A DNA stretch of 64,000 bases from Somniosus microcephalus (GCA_052327205.1 CM126205.1:241676001-241740000), one strand, 5' to 3'; numbered from the stretch's first letter, positions 15,401 to 30,400 are shown. The notes: a model not told the origin generated them from the sequence alone. Program-made: numbers and translations.

Positions 15401-18400
15401 CAAAAAACAAATTCGACGCAGCAAAAAATACAAAATGATCTCTGACATTTCTGTAGCCAGTCTTTGCGTTCTAAAGTCTGATAGCTCAGATGTTGGCGAA
15501 TACAAGTGTACAGTAAAAAATGAAGTGGGGAGTTGTTCTTGCAGTGCTACAGCCAGTTTGAAAGGTCAGTAGTAGTATGTTGCTAGACCATATTTTTCTT
15601 CTGCCGTTTATCATGCCACTTTAGTTAGCTTGTTATCCATTAGAGAATGCAGTGCTCAGCTATTTGTGGAAGCATTCTAATGTTTAAATTAAAAGAATTT
15701 TAAAACCATACTAAAAAACCATTTGTTTTAAACTAGAACCCCCAGGATTTATAAAGAAGATTGAAAATATAACAACATTGTCAGGGAATTCTGTTGTATT
15801 CCAATGTCAAGTAAGAGGCTCAAAGCCTATTTATGTAACTTGGATGAAAGATAAAGATGATATCCAAGAAGATGGTAATATTACATTGTCTTTTGAGAAT
15901 AATATTGCTACTCTTCAAATAAATGCTGTTGGAGAAAATCATGCTGGGAAATATACGTGCCAGGTCAAGAATGATGCTGGAACTGAGAAGTGTTTTGGCA
16001 CATTGTTGGTAGCAGGTCAGTAGGATATCGATTAGTTTAATAGTACCCTCCCCTCCAAAGTTTATGCTAATTAGTGAATTCAGATTCTTTGTCATACATC
16101 AACTAAAATGAGACTTATACCAGTAATATATTGAAGAGATTTTTTTTTCTTCGTAGAACCAGCAAAAATTACAGAACAAGCACAGTCACTCAGTGTGACG
16201 GCAGGAAATCCAGCAAACCTGGAATGTACTGTAACTGGTACACCAGAACTAAAAGTTAAATGTTTTAAGGATGGTAATGAAATGGTACCTAGCAGAAAAC
16301 ACAAAATCAACTTTGAGAATAATGTGTTCAGCCTAAAGATTCCTTCTGTTTCTAATGATGATACTGCTGAATATACTTTTGAGGTCAAGAATCAGTTTGG
16401 AACCAGCAACTGTAAAGCTTCATTGACAGTATTAGGTTAGTGTTTTATTTGCATTTAAAATTTGACTAATTTAAATATCTAGTGTCATTTGAAAATTTTG
16501 TTTGCCAATAAAGAAATCCTGATCACATTGACCAAAACCATATATAAAGGCTTTTATTGTTATAATGTTTTTTATGGAGACCAGTAACGATGGGAGTAGA
16601 CAGATCAGCTGTGTTGGGAGCTTTAAAATAAGTTTTGACTTGGATGGTCTCAGAAGGTATATCCTAATAAATATGAAAAATCTTATTGTAAACAATCACA
16701 GTGGATTTGATTCATTTAAAGCACTTCCAAATTTTTGCTGTTTGAGTTGATTGGCTGTGCTTTTGTCACTTTATCTTGGACAGATCAACTAATTCCCCCA
16801 TTGTTTACAAGAAAATTACGAAAAATGGACAGTGTTTTAGGATCTTTCATACATATGGAATGCAAAGTTTCTGGTTCTCTTCCAATGAGCTTTTCATGGT
16901 ATAAAGATTACAAAATAATAACAACTAGTGAAAAATACAAAGTGTTATGTCAAGATAACACACCAACTTTGGAAGTTAATCAACTAGAGATTTCAGATCA
17001 TGGAACTTATATTTGCAAAGCAACCAATTCGGTGGGAAGTGATGAATGCAGTGGTATCTTAAATATAACAGGTTTGAAAGATGAACTTGCTTTGTTTCAG
17101 CTCCTAATATAGCTTTTGCATATATAAACACTTGTTCAATTTCTGATTTTTGCTTGTTGCTCTAAAAAGATAAATATATTTAGTATTTAAAATTTATTAT
17201 GCAGTTTATAGTACGTTCTCATTTTAGCTCTGCTTTGCCATTTTATTTTTGTTGACATCTTACCCAATGTAAACTAAGTACTATAGGGAGCCAATTCTAT
17301 TATTTTTTTTCACCTGACTTTTAGAGCCACCAAGTTTTATAGAAAAACCTGTAGCCCAGGAAAGTCTACCTGGTTCCACAGTGCAGTTTAGAAGTGTTGT
17401 GAAAGGAACTGCTCCACTATCTATAAAATGGCTGAAGGATGGCAGGGAACTGATGTCTGGAGCTGATTGCTTCATTTTAAATGAAGGTTCAACAAGTTTA
17501 CTCGAGTTGTTTTCAGCTAAAGTTTCTGATTTGGGTGACTATACTTGTGAAGTCAGCAACAAGGTTGGAAGCGCCACTTGTACAACAAGACTATTTATCA
17601 AAGGTGTGGAATTTAGGTTCACTTGTTAAACCATTGTGAAACACTGTTAAAAATTCTGACGTCTTCATTTTGAAAAGTTTACATGTCTGTAAAGTTATTT
17701 TTCTTTGGTTTGTTATACACTTTTCTCTCGTTTGTTATTTTTTATGTTGCTATCGTGCTGTGTGTTATCTTCCTTTATTCCTTTATATGTGGCATGTGTT
17801 GCATTGTTCCTTTTTATGTTGTATGGGTTTGTTTCAGACTTTTACATTTATAATTAAGTTTACTACATTTTTTTCTCTAGAACCTCCTTATTTTATTAAG
17901 AAGTTAGATCTTACAGCAGTATTTAAAAAAGGAGAGACAGCAAGTTTTGAGTGCAAAGTAACTGGCACACCTGAAATCAAAATCACTTGGTTCAACAACT
18001 ATCGTGAAATTAGAGCCAGTGAAAAATACAGAATGTCATTTGCTGATTCAGTGGCAATATTTGAGATTGCTGATATAAGCCTGGATGACAGTGGGAATTA
18101 TTCCTGTAAAGCACAAAATGAAGCTGGCAGTGAATCTTGTGACATTAAAGTTACAGTTAAAGGTGTGTAAAAAGTCCTAGTTATATTTTGCAACAGAAGT
18201 TAACTGGTCTTTTTGAAAATGTTGCAAGTGCCTTGTGTTTAATTATGGAATATTTGGGAGCCTATTTTAAGTTTAACATCACTTTAACAGCCTGTTTTTA
18301 TAGCTAGTTTTTCATTGGCCAATAAAAATTATCATTCAATTGCCCCAAGCTCCTTAATTCAAACTGAAGAATGAAATGTAATGTAAGCATGTTAATAGAA

Positions 18401-21400
18401 AATTTAAAATTTGACTCCAAAGGACCGATTTTAATTACCAGTGGGAAGCTGGCAGATGCAGACCGTGCAGGCGTCTTCATCAGAGGCCCCGGCAGATTTT
18501 AACTGCTAGGCCTTATTTGAATGCCAGCGTTCAGCTGCTCACCCGTTTAGAGTAGAAAGTGGCAGCTGGCTGGTGGGGGGGAGGTGAATATATCTGCCCT
18601 GTAGCACCAGGAAATGGCAGAAAGTGGCAACAAGGTAAGTCTGGGAGTGGGACTTTCCAAGGGTCTCACTGCTGCTTAGGAGAGAAGCCCAGGGCATTGA
18701 GGCCCAGACATTCTTTGTAGGGCCAGGAGCTCTCATGCTCCTCCTGGTCCCATTGTAGAAAGATGTTTAATTTGTCTCGAAGACCTCGCTATCTTCCCGA
18801 CAACTTTACCTGGCGTGCAGCCGTGGCAGGCATCCTGCTCAGAAGGACATTAAAGTGCCTTTTCCGTCCCATGTGCATCATTGGACCCCAATTTTCATTT
18901 ATTGGTGAGGTTCCTGCTGTTGTCCAATGGACATCTCAATCGCCGACAAAAACAAGTTGTGTTAAAATGGGGAATAGGCGGGAACAGAGTGAGAATTGGA
19001 GATGCTCCATTTTAACTGCTCCCTCTCTTTCCTGCTGGTTGGGAGATTTAAAGTTCCCCGTTTAATCCTTTTTAAATGCTAAGAGTCATGTGCAACTAGG
19101 TAAAGTTATTAATGTTCAGGGCTGATAATGCCTTGAAAATTGTAGATATATATAAAAAAGAATGAAGGGTATTTATTCGAGTATTTTACTAATCTGCATT
19201 AAATAATAGCTGCAGGAGAAAACATCTGTGTGTTTGTTTGTTTTCCATGATTTGCAATCACACCTTAAAATAAGAATCACGCAAATATTTTTTCACGTCA
19301 ATGGTTATTGTTAGGAGTCACTGTGCAAAACCTGAATTTAGTGGCCTGTGATTTGTAAACCATGTTAATGTGTTTAATCTTTAGAACCTCCCACATTTAC
19401 GAAGAAGCTTGAACCAGTTGAGGTAGTAAAAACCAGTGATTTCACTCTTGAATGTGAAGTGGCCGGTTCAGGTCCCTTTGAAGTTATGTGGTACAAGGAC
19501 AATAAACAAATTCGACGCAGTAAAAAATACAAAATGATCTCTGACATTTCTTTAGCCAGTCTTTGCGTTCTAAAGTCTGATAGCTCAGATGTTGGCGAAT
19601 ACAAGTGTTCAGTAAAAAATGATGTGGGGAGTTGTTCCTGCAGTTCTACAGTCAGTTTGAAAGGTCAGTTACAATCCAGTTCTAGTAAGTGGTTTCACCT
19701 GGATGTTGTGTGGTATCTGTTTCGTTATCATGCTCTTATTAGGTATTATTGAATGTCTTGAAGCATAATATTTTTAATAATTGAACGTTGGTTGTATAAT
19801 TTTAAATTATAACAGGGTATATTCTCTACTTTAAACTAGAACGACCAACCTTCGTACAAACAATAGAAAATGCAACAGTATTTTCTGGAAATTCTGCTGT
19901 ATTTCAATGTCATGTAAGAGGCTCAGTTCCTATAGCTACAAGCTGGAAAAAAGATGGCAAACATGTCAAAGAAGACGATAATGTAAAAATGTCCTTTGAA
20001 AACAATATTGCCACATTACAGATTATTAAGGCTGAAGAAAATCACAGTGGAAATTACATATGTCAGGCAAAGAATGATGCGGGAACTGCAAAATGCTTTG
20101 CTACATTGGCCGTAATGGGTTAGTAGGAAGTAATGAGCACAAGTATTGTCCACAAATTATTGATCTATGTCTCATAATATTTACTTTTCCACAGTAAAAT
20201 TATTTTAATGTTTTTAAATTAATTCTGTGATCATCAAGGTGAGGAATGTTATAATTGGCAGTGGGAACCTTTTCCATGTTGAGCAAACATTGTCAGGCAC
20301 TCAGTGCACCACAGTTAAATGCAGGATATAGCTCCCTGTACTCTACTCCAAAAATATGCCTCTGGCAAATCCTCAGAAGAATATTTCCTCTGTATCATTT
20401 TTTTCCATTTCCCTCACTATCTATTTTGTGAGGTCCCTGAATTAGATTGTTAACTTAATGCCCAGTTAGGGACAGTTTAGTGCCATTGGGAGCTGGATTG
20501 AGACTGCCCAAACTTATTTCACACACAACACTTACAGCAAGCATGCAGAAGAGACTTTTATTGCAGCAGTCTTGACTGGATTTGTACCCAAGTCCATGAT
20601 GTATAAACCTATTGTGTAGTCTGTTTCCGCCCAAATCTATTATCTTAAAATAGCAATCCGAGCATAAATATTGCATCGTTCTCCTGATGTAAATGATCTA
20701 ATTTTTCCCACAGAACCTGCGAATATCATAGAAAAAACTGAGCCACTCACAGTGACTTCAGGAAACCCAGCCATTTTGGAATGTACTGTAGCTGGTACAC
20801 CAGAATTAAAAGTTGCATGGTTCAAAAGTGGAAAGCAACTGGAATCAAGTAGAAAATATAAGATGAGTTTTGTGAATAAAGTGGCCAGTCTAAAAATTTT
20901 GGCTGTTGGAATGGATGACAGTGGTGACTATACTTTTAAGGTCCAGAATGAGTTTGGAGCCAACAGCTGCAATGTTTCTTTAACAGTGTTAGGTCAGTGA
21001 TTAATTTGTGTTGATGGCATCGATTTCATAGAGCATTTCTTTTAAAACCAAAGCTTATCACAAAGTTTAAAATAATTGACACTTTTTTATTGATGTTTTA
21101 TGATTTTTTTTTCCTTTATATTGGACAGAACAAATAATTGCTCCATTGTTTACAAGAAAACTAAAGGAAATGGGCAGTATTTTAGGATCTGTTGTACGAA
21201 TGGAATGCAAAGTTTCTGGTTCTATTCCAATGACCGTTACTTGGTATAAAGCAGACAGTGAAATATCAGCTAGTAACAAATACAAGATGTCATTTCAAGA
21301 CAACATGCTGTCTTTAGAGGTCACTGAGTTAGACTTTTCAGATGGTGGAATTTACACTTGCAAAGCAGCAAATTCAGCAGGAAAGGATGAATGCAGTGCT

Positions 21401-24400
21401 GTCTTAAGTATAAAAGGTTTGAGACATTGCTTTGCTACATTTCTTTCTCATCAGTACTTATTTTCTTAGTTTATATTTTTTGTTTGCTACGATAGTGAAG
21501 TAACTAAATAAACCTATCGACCATCTCTATCTTCTTTTTGTTAAGAGTTCTTAGATTTTTTGAAGGATATGTTAGCATGTGTTAATCATAAAGTTGTCTT
21601 TAATCTAATCATGTCTTCTAGTTTGTACATACATCTGAGTTAATTAAATGCTTTTTTCTTATGTGAATTTTAGAGCCCCCAAGCTTTACAGACAAAGTAA
21701 TGTCCCAGGATGTTGTACTTGGTTCTACAGTGCAGTTTAAGAGTGTTGTGAAAGGAAGCACACCACTCTCTACAAAATGGTTCAAAGGGGACAGGGAATT
21801 GATGCGTGGTGTGGCATATTCTATTTGGAATGAAGGCTCAACATATTTTCTCGAGCTGTTTTCAGCTAAAATATCTGATGCGGGTGCTTACACCTGCCAA
21901 GTTAGCAACGATGTTGGCACAGATACCTGTTCTGCAGAATTGTTTGTTAAAGGTGTGCATTTCTGGATTTTTGCTGCAGATCTCTTTTATATAAAACTGT
22001 TTCCCTGCTTTGCTATCTTAAAAGTTTAGAAACATCAACTTGTTTTCTTGCTGGTTGGTTAGCTCTAGTGGTAGAACTTTACACTGCCAACCATGGAGAG
22101 GGGCCAATGGTGGTCATCAGGCATTCAAATCTGGGCTGACAGTCAGACGCAATGTTCTTTATTCGGAAACTCTACAGTTTTGCCATGAACTGCTAGGTGG
22201 AGCATCATGTAATGGTGGGGAATTCTCTGTCAGTTCAAGGAAAACTGGCAAACCCAACAGTCCTCACTGAAATTGATTTGCATCATCTAATCATAAAATG
22301 GCTGTGATGGCAACTTTGAGGACTTTCACAGTCTGGAATGCCCTACCGCCAATATTGAGGGAAGAACCATTTTGGTGGAGGCAGCAACCTGATGCCATAT
22401 GAAAAAGGAAATGCTGTTTGCTTTACCGTACACAGAGCTCAGTTTGAGTATTAAACTATTGTTTTTTAACTTGTAAATTTGGTGTGTAAATGTTTCATAG
22501 CCAATTATTTATATCTAAATATTAGTTTGAACTGCTTTTGATTATCGTTTAAACTTATATTGAAATTTATAATATTTTGGCTTCTAGAACCTCCTAGCTT
22601 CATTAAAAAGCTACATTCTTCAACAATACTAAAGAAAGGAGACTCAGCACGTTTTAAGTGCATTGTAACTGGCACACCTGAAATTAAAGTTACTTGGTAC
22701 AAAAACGGTCATGAAATTATAGCCAGTGACAGATGTATCATGTCATTTGATGGTTCTTTGGCAATTCTTGAGATGATTGATGTTATTCTGGATGACAGTA
22801 CATGCTACACCTGTGAGGCACGGAATGAAGCTGGCAGTGACAGCTGCAGCACTGAAGTTGAAGTTAAAGGTCTGTAGTAATGTCTTCTTTAATTGGTAGC
22901 AATATATATATGTTAGTTTCTTGAGCAGGGATACTATTAGTTTCTGTATTGTGGTTGATTTGGATTTCTTTATTCTGATTACTTTATAGAACCTCCCAGT
23001 TTTAGAAGGAAACTTCAATCTGCTGAAATAGTTACAACCAGTGATTTCACCCTTGAATGTGAGGTGGATGGTACAGGGCCCTTTGAAGTTATGTGGTATA
23101 AGGACAATAAACAAATTCGACGCAGCAAAAAATACAAAATGATCTCTGACATTTCTTTAGCCAGTCTTTGCGTTCTAAAGTCTGATAGCTCAGATTTTGG
23201 CGAATATAAGTGTTCAGTAAAAAATGAAGTGGGGAGTTGTTCATGCAGTTCTACAGTCAGTTTGAAAGGTCAGTTGTAGCATGTTGTCAGATATATGTTC
23301 CTTCCGGTGTTTATAGTGCCATTTGAGTTATCTTGTTATCCATTAGAAAATTCAAGGCTAATCTATTTGTGGAAGCATTCTACATTTTACATGAAAACAT
23401 TTTTAGAACCATAATGAAAAACAACAAAATATATTGACATATTCATATTACCATTTGTTTTAAACTAGAACCCCCAGGATTTATAAAGAAGATTGAAAAT
23501 ATAACAACATTGTCAGGGAATTCTATTGTATTCCAATGTCAAGTAAGAGGCTCAAAGCCTATTTATGTAACTTGGATGAAAGATAAAGATGATATCGAAG
23601 AAGATGGTAATATTACATTGTCTTTTGAGAATAATATTGCTACTCTTCAAATAAATGCTGTTGGAGAAAATCATGCTGGGAAATATACGTGCCAGGTCAA
23701 GAATGATGCTGGAACTGAGAAGTGTTTTGGCACATTGTTGGTAGCAGGTCAGTAGGATATTGATTAGTTTAATAGTACCCTCCCCTCCAAAGTTTATGCT
23801 AATTAAAAGTGAATTCAGATTCTTTGTCATACATCAACTAAAATGAGACTTATACCAGTAATATATTGAAGAGATTTTTTTTTCCTCGTAGAACCAGCAA
23901 AAATCACAGAACAAGCACAGTCACTCAGTGTGACGGCAGGAAATCCAGCAAACCTGGAATGTACTGTAACTGGTACACCAGAACTAAAAGTTAAATGTTT
24001 TAAGGATGGTAATGAAATGGTACCTAGCAGAAAACACAAAATCAACTTTGAGAATAATGTGTTCAGCCTAAAGATTCCTTCTGTTTCTAATGATGATACT
24101 GCTGAATATACTTTTGAGGTCAAGAATCAGTTTGGAACCAGCAGCTGTAAAGCTTCATTGACAGTATTAGGTTAGTGTTTTATTTGCATTTAAAATTTGA
24201 CTAATTTAAATATCTAGTGTCATTTGAAAATTTTGTTTGCCAATAAAGAAATCCTGATCACATTGACCAAAACCATATATAAAGGCTTTTATTGTTATAA
24301 TGTTTTTTATGGAGACCAGTAACGATGGGAGTAGACAGATCAGCTGTGTTGGGAGTTTTAAAATAAGTTTTGATTTGGATGGTCTCAGAAGGTATATCCT

Positions 24401-27400
24401 AATAAATATGAAAAATCTTATTGTAAACAATCACAGTGGATTTGATTCATTTAAAGCACTTCCAAATTTTTGCTGTTTGAGTTGATTGGCTGTGCTTTTG
24501 TCACTTTATCTTGGACAGATCAACTAATTCCCCCATTGTTTACAAGAAAATTACGAAAAATGGACAGTGTTTTAGGATCTTTCATACATATGGAATGCAA
24601 AGTTTCTGGTTCTCTTCCAATGAGCTTTTCATGGTATAAAGATTACAAAATAATAACAACTAGTGAAAAATACAAAGTGTTATGTCAAGATAACACACCA
24701 ACTTTGGAAGTTAATCAACTAGAGATTTCAGATCATGGAACTTATATTTGCAAAGCAACCAATTCGGTGGGAAGTGATGAATGCAGTGGTATCTTAAATA
24801 TAACAGGTTTGAAAGATGAACTTGCTTTGTTTCAGCTCCTAATATAGCTTTTGCATATATAAACACTTGTTCAATTTCTGATTTTTGCTTGTTGCTCTAA
24901 AAAGATAAATATATTTAGTATTTAAAATTTATTATGCAGTTTATAGTACGTTCTCATTTTAGCTCTGCTTTGCCATTTTATTTTTGTTGACATCTTACCC
25001 AATGTAAACTAAGTACTATAGGGAGCCAATTCTATTATTTTTTTTCACCTGACTTTTAGAGCCACCAAGTTTTATAGAAAAACCTGTAGCCCAGGAAAGT
25101 CTACCTGGTTCCACAGTGCAGTTTAGAAGTGTTGTGAAAGGAACTGCTCCACTATCTATAAAATGGCTGAAGGATGGCAGGGAACTGATGTCTGGAGCTG
25201 ATTGCTTCATTTTAAATGAAGGTTCAACAAGTTTACTCGAGTTGTTTTCAGCTAAAGTTTCTGATTTGGGTGACTATACTTGTGAAGTCAGCAACAAGGT
25301 TGGAAGCGCCACTTGTACAACAAGACTATTTATCAAAGGTGTGGAATTTAGGTTCACTTGTTAAACCATTGTGAAACACTGTTAAAAATTCTGACGTCTT
25401 CATTTTGAAAAGTTTACATGTCTGTAAAGTTATTTTTCTTTGGTTTGTTATACACTTTTCTCTCGTTTGTTATTTTTTATGTTGCTATCGTGCTGTGTGT
25501 TATCTTCCTTTATTCCTTTATATGTGGCATGTGTTGCATTGTTCCTTTTTATGTTGTATGGGTTTGTTTCAGACTTTTACATTTATAATTAAGTTTACTA
25601 CATTTTTTTCTCTAGAACCTCCTTATTTTATTAAGAAGTTAGATCTTACAGCAGTATTTAAAAAAGGAGAGACAGCAAGTTTTGAGTGCAAAGTAACTGG
25701 CACACCTGAAATCAAAATCACTTGGTTCAACAACTATCGTGAAATTAGAGCCAGTGAAAAATACAGAATGTCATTTGCTGATTCAGTGGCAATATTTGAG
25801 ATTGCTGATATAAGCCTGGATGACAGTGGGAATTATTCCTGTAAAGCACAAAATGAAGCTGGCAGTGAATCTTGTGACATTAAAGTTACAGTTAAAGGTG
25901 TGTAAAAAGTCCTAGTTATATTTTGCAACAGAAGTTAACTGGTCTTTTTGAAAATGTTGCAAGTGCCTTGTGTTTAATTATGGAATATTTGGGAGCCTAT
26001 TTTAAGTTTAACATCACTTTAACAGCCTGTTTTTATAGCTAGTTTTTCATTGGCCAATAAAAATTATCATTCAATTGCCCCAAGCTCCTTAATTCAAACT
26101 GAAGAATGAAATGTAATGTAAGCATGTTAATAGAAAATTTAAAATTTGACTCCAAAGGACCGATTTTAATTACCAGTGGGAAGCTGGCAGATGCAGACCG
26201 TGCAGGCGTCTTCATCAGAGGCCCCGGCAGATTTTAACTGCTAGGCCTTATTTGAATGCCAGCGTTCAGCTGCTCACCCGTTTAGAGTAGAAAGTGGCAG
26301 CTGGCTGGTGGGGGGAGGTGAATATATCTGCCCTGTAGCACCAGGAAATGGCAGAAAGTGGCAACAAGGTAAGTCTGGGAGTGGGACTTTCCAAGGGTCT
26401 CACTGCTGCTTAGGAGAGAAGCCCAGGGCATTGAGGCCCAGACATTCTTTGTAGGGCCAGGAGCTCTCATGCTCCTCCTGGTCCCATTGTAGAAAGATGT
26501 TTAATTTGTCTCGAAGACCTCGCTATCTTCCCGACAACTTTACCTGGCGTGCAGCCGTGGCAGGCATCCTGCTCAGAAGGACATTAAAGTGCCTTTTCCG
26601 TCCCATGTGCATCATTGGACCCCAATTTTCATTTATTGGTGAGGTTCCTGCTGTTGTCCAATGGACATCTCAATCGCCGACAAAAACAAGTTGTGTTAAA
26701 ATGGGGAATAGGCGGGAACAGAGTGAGAATTGGAGATGCTCCATTTTAACTGCTCCCTCTCTTCTTTCCTGCTGGTTGGGAGATTTAAAGTTCCCCGTTT
26801 AATCCTTTTTAAATGCTAAGAGTCATGTGCAACTAGGTAAAGTTATTAATGTTCAGGGCTGATAATGCCTTGAAAATTGTAGATATATATAAAAAAGAAT
26901 GAAGGGTATTTATTCGAGTATTTTACTAATCTGCATTAAATAATAGCTGCAGGAGAAAACATCTGTGTGTTTGTTTGTTTTCCATGATTTGCAATCACAC
27001 CTTAAAATAAGAATCACGCAAATATTTTTTCACGTCAATGGTTATTGTTAGGAGTCACTGTGCAAAACCTGAATTTAGTGGCCTGTGATTTGTAAACCAT
27101 GTTAATGTGTTTAATCTTTAGAACCTCCCACATTTACGAAGAAGCTTGAACCAGTTGAGGTAGTAAAAACCAGTGATTTCACTCTTGAATGTGAGGTGGC
27201 CGGTTCAGGTCCCTTTGAAGTTATGTGGTATAAGGACAATAAACAAATTCGACACAGTAAAAAATACAAAATGATCTCTGACATTTCTTTATCAAGTCTT
27301 TGCGTTCTAAAGTCTGATAGCTCAGATGTTGGCGAATACAAGTGTTCAGTAAAAAATGATGTGGGGAGTTGTTCCTGCAGTTCTACAGTCAGTTTGAAAG

Positions 27401-30400
27401 GTCAGTTACAATCCAGTTCTAGTAAGTGGTTTCACCTGGATGTTGTGTGGTATCTGTTTCGTTATCATGTTCTTATTAGGTATTATTGAATGTCTTGAAG
27501 CATAATATTTTTAATAATTGAACGTTGGTTGTATAATTTTAAATTATAACAGGGTATATTCTCTTTACTTTAAACTAGAACGACCAACCTTCGTACAAAC
27601 AATAGAAAATGCAACAGTATTTTCTGGAAATTCTGCTGTATTTCAATGTCATGTAAGAGGCTCAGTTCCTATAGCTACAAGCTGGAAAAAAGATGGCAAA
27701 CATGTCAAAGAAGACGATAATGTAAAAATGTCCTTTGAAAACAATATTGCCACATTACAGATTATTAAGGCTGAAGAAAATCACAGTGGAAATTACATAT
27801 GTCAGGCAAAGAATGATGCGGGAACTGCAAAATGCTTTGCTACATTGGCCGTAATGGGTTAGTAGGAAGTAATGAGCACAAGTATTGTCCACAAATTATT
27901 GATCTATGTCTCATAATATTTACTTTTCCACAGTAAAATTATTTTAATGTTTTTAAATTAATTCTGTGATCATCAAGGTGAGGAATGTTATAATTGGCAG
28001 TGGGAACCTTTTCCATGTTGAGCAAACATTGTCAGGCACTCAGTGCACCACAGTTAAATGCAGGATATAGCTCCCTGTACTCTACTCCAAAAATATGCCT
28101 CTGGCAAATCCTCAGAAGAATATTTCCTCTGTATCATTTTTTTCCATTTCCCTCACTATCTATTTTGTGAGGTCCCTGAATTAGATTGTTAACTTAATGC
28201 CCAGTTAGGGACAGTTTAGTGCCATTGGGAGCTGGATTGAGACTGCCCAAACTTATTTCACACAGAACACTTACAGCAAGCATGCAGAAGAGACTTTTAT
28301 TGCAGCAGTCTTGACTGGATTTGTACCCAAGTCCATGATGTATAAACCTATTGTGTAGTCTGTTTCCCCCCAAATCTATTATCTTAAAATAGCAATCCGA
28401 GCATAAATATTGCATCGTTCTCCTGATGTAAATGATCTAATTTTTCCCACAGAACCTGCGAATATCATAGAAAAAACTGAGCCACTCACAGTGACTTCAG
28501 GAAACCCAGCCATTTTGGAATGTACTGTAGCTGGTACACCAGAATTAAAAGTTGCATGGTTCAAAAGTGGAAAGCAACTGGAATCAAGTAGAAAATATAA
28601 GATGAGTTTTGTGAATAAAGTGGCCAGTCTAAAAATTTTGGCTGTTGGAATGGATGACAGTGGTGACTATACTTTTAAGGTCCAGAATGAGTTTGGAGCC
28701 AACAGCTGCAATGTTTCTTTGACAGTGTTAGGTCAGTGATTAATTTGTGTTGATGGCATCGATTTCATAGAGCATTTCTTTTAAAACCAAAGCTTATCAC
28801 AAAGTTTAAAATAATTGACACTTTTTTATTGATGTTTTGTGATATTTTTCCTTTATATTGGACAGAACAAATAATTGCTCCATTGTTTACAAGAAAACTA
28901 AAGGAAATGGGCAGTATTTTAGGATCTGTTGTACGAATGGAATGCAAAGTTTCTGGTTCTATTCCAATGACCGTTACTTGGTATAAAGCAGACAGTGAAA
29001 TATCAGCTAGTAACAAATACAAGATGTCATTTCAAGACAACATGCTGTCTTTAGAGGTCACTGAGTTAGACTTTTCAGATGGTGGAATTTACACTTGCAA
29101 AGCAGCAAATTCAGCAGGAAAGGATGAATGCAGTGCTGTCTTAAGTATAAAAGGTTTGAGACATTGCTTTGCTACATTTCTTTCTCATCAGTACTTATTT
29201 TCTTAGTTTATATTTTTTGTTTGCTACGATAGTGAAGTAACTAAATAAACCTATCGACCATCTCTATCTTCTTTTTGTTAAGAGTTCTTAAAAAGTTGAA
29301 GGATATGTTAACATGTGTTAATCATAAAGTTGTCTTTAATCTGATCATGTCTTCTAGTTTGTACATACATCTGAGTTAATTAAATGCTTTTTTCTTGTGC
29401 GAATTTTAGAGCCCCCAAGCTTTACAGACAAAGTAATGTCCCAGGATGTTGTACTTGGTTCTACAGTGCAGTTTAAGAGTGTTGTGAAAGGAAGCACACC
29501 ACTCTCTACAAAATGGTTCAAAGGGGACAGGGAATTGATGCGTGGTGTGGCATATTCTATTTGGAATGAAGGCTCAACATATTTTCTCGAGCTGTTTTCA
29601 GCTAAAATATCTGATGCGGGTGCTTACACCTGCCAAGTCAGCAACGATGTTGGCACAGATGCCTGTTCTGCAGAATTGTTTGTTAAAGGTGTGCATTTCT
29701 GGAGTTTTGCTGCAGTTCTCTTTTATATAAAACTGTTTTCCCTGCTTTGCTATCTTAAAAGTTTAGAAACATCAACTTGTTTTCTTGAAGGTTGGTCAGC
29801 TCTAGTGGTAGAACTTTACACTGCCAACCATGGAAAGGGGCCAATGGTGGACATCAGGCATTCAAATCTGGGCTGACAGTCAGACTCAATCGCCGAAATT
29901 TTAATTTGAGGCGGGGAGGGAGCAGAGGGGCTGGAAAGCGGTCTGGAAACCCGAATTTAATGACATGGCCTGATTAGCATTTAGAATCCCTGTTTTGCGC
30001 CTGCAGCCAGCCAGATGGAGAGGCTGGCTGGCTGTCAGGCGGGTAGACCTGCGGCACCAGGCTGCAGAGAGGAGCGCTGGGATGTGGGGGAGTCGGTAGC
30101 CAGTGTGTGATCGGGGACCCGAGGGGGGAGGTTTGAAGGCCGAAGGATGAGCAGGGGCCGGAGGCGGGAAGTTGGCAGGTGATTGAAGGCCAGGGGATGA
30201 ATTGGAGGCTTGGGGCTGGGTGGGGGGTGCGGTTGGAGGCCGGAGGGGGTCCAAGGCCTATCCAAGGATCGAAAGCCAGAGAGGGAATTGAAGTTCGGAG
30301 GGGAGGTTGGGGTGAGATCGGAAGGGCCGGGGTATGTCCGATCACGGGCCATTGGCGAAGCAGGAAAGCTGGATCCAGTGAGTAAGTGAAAAGGCACTTA

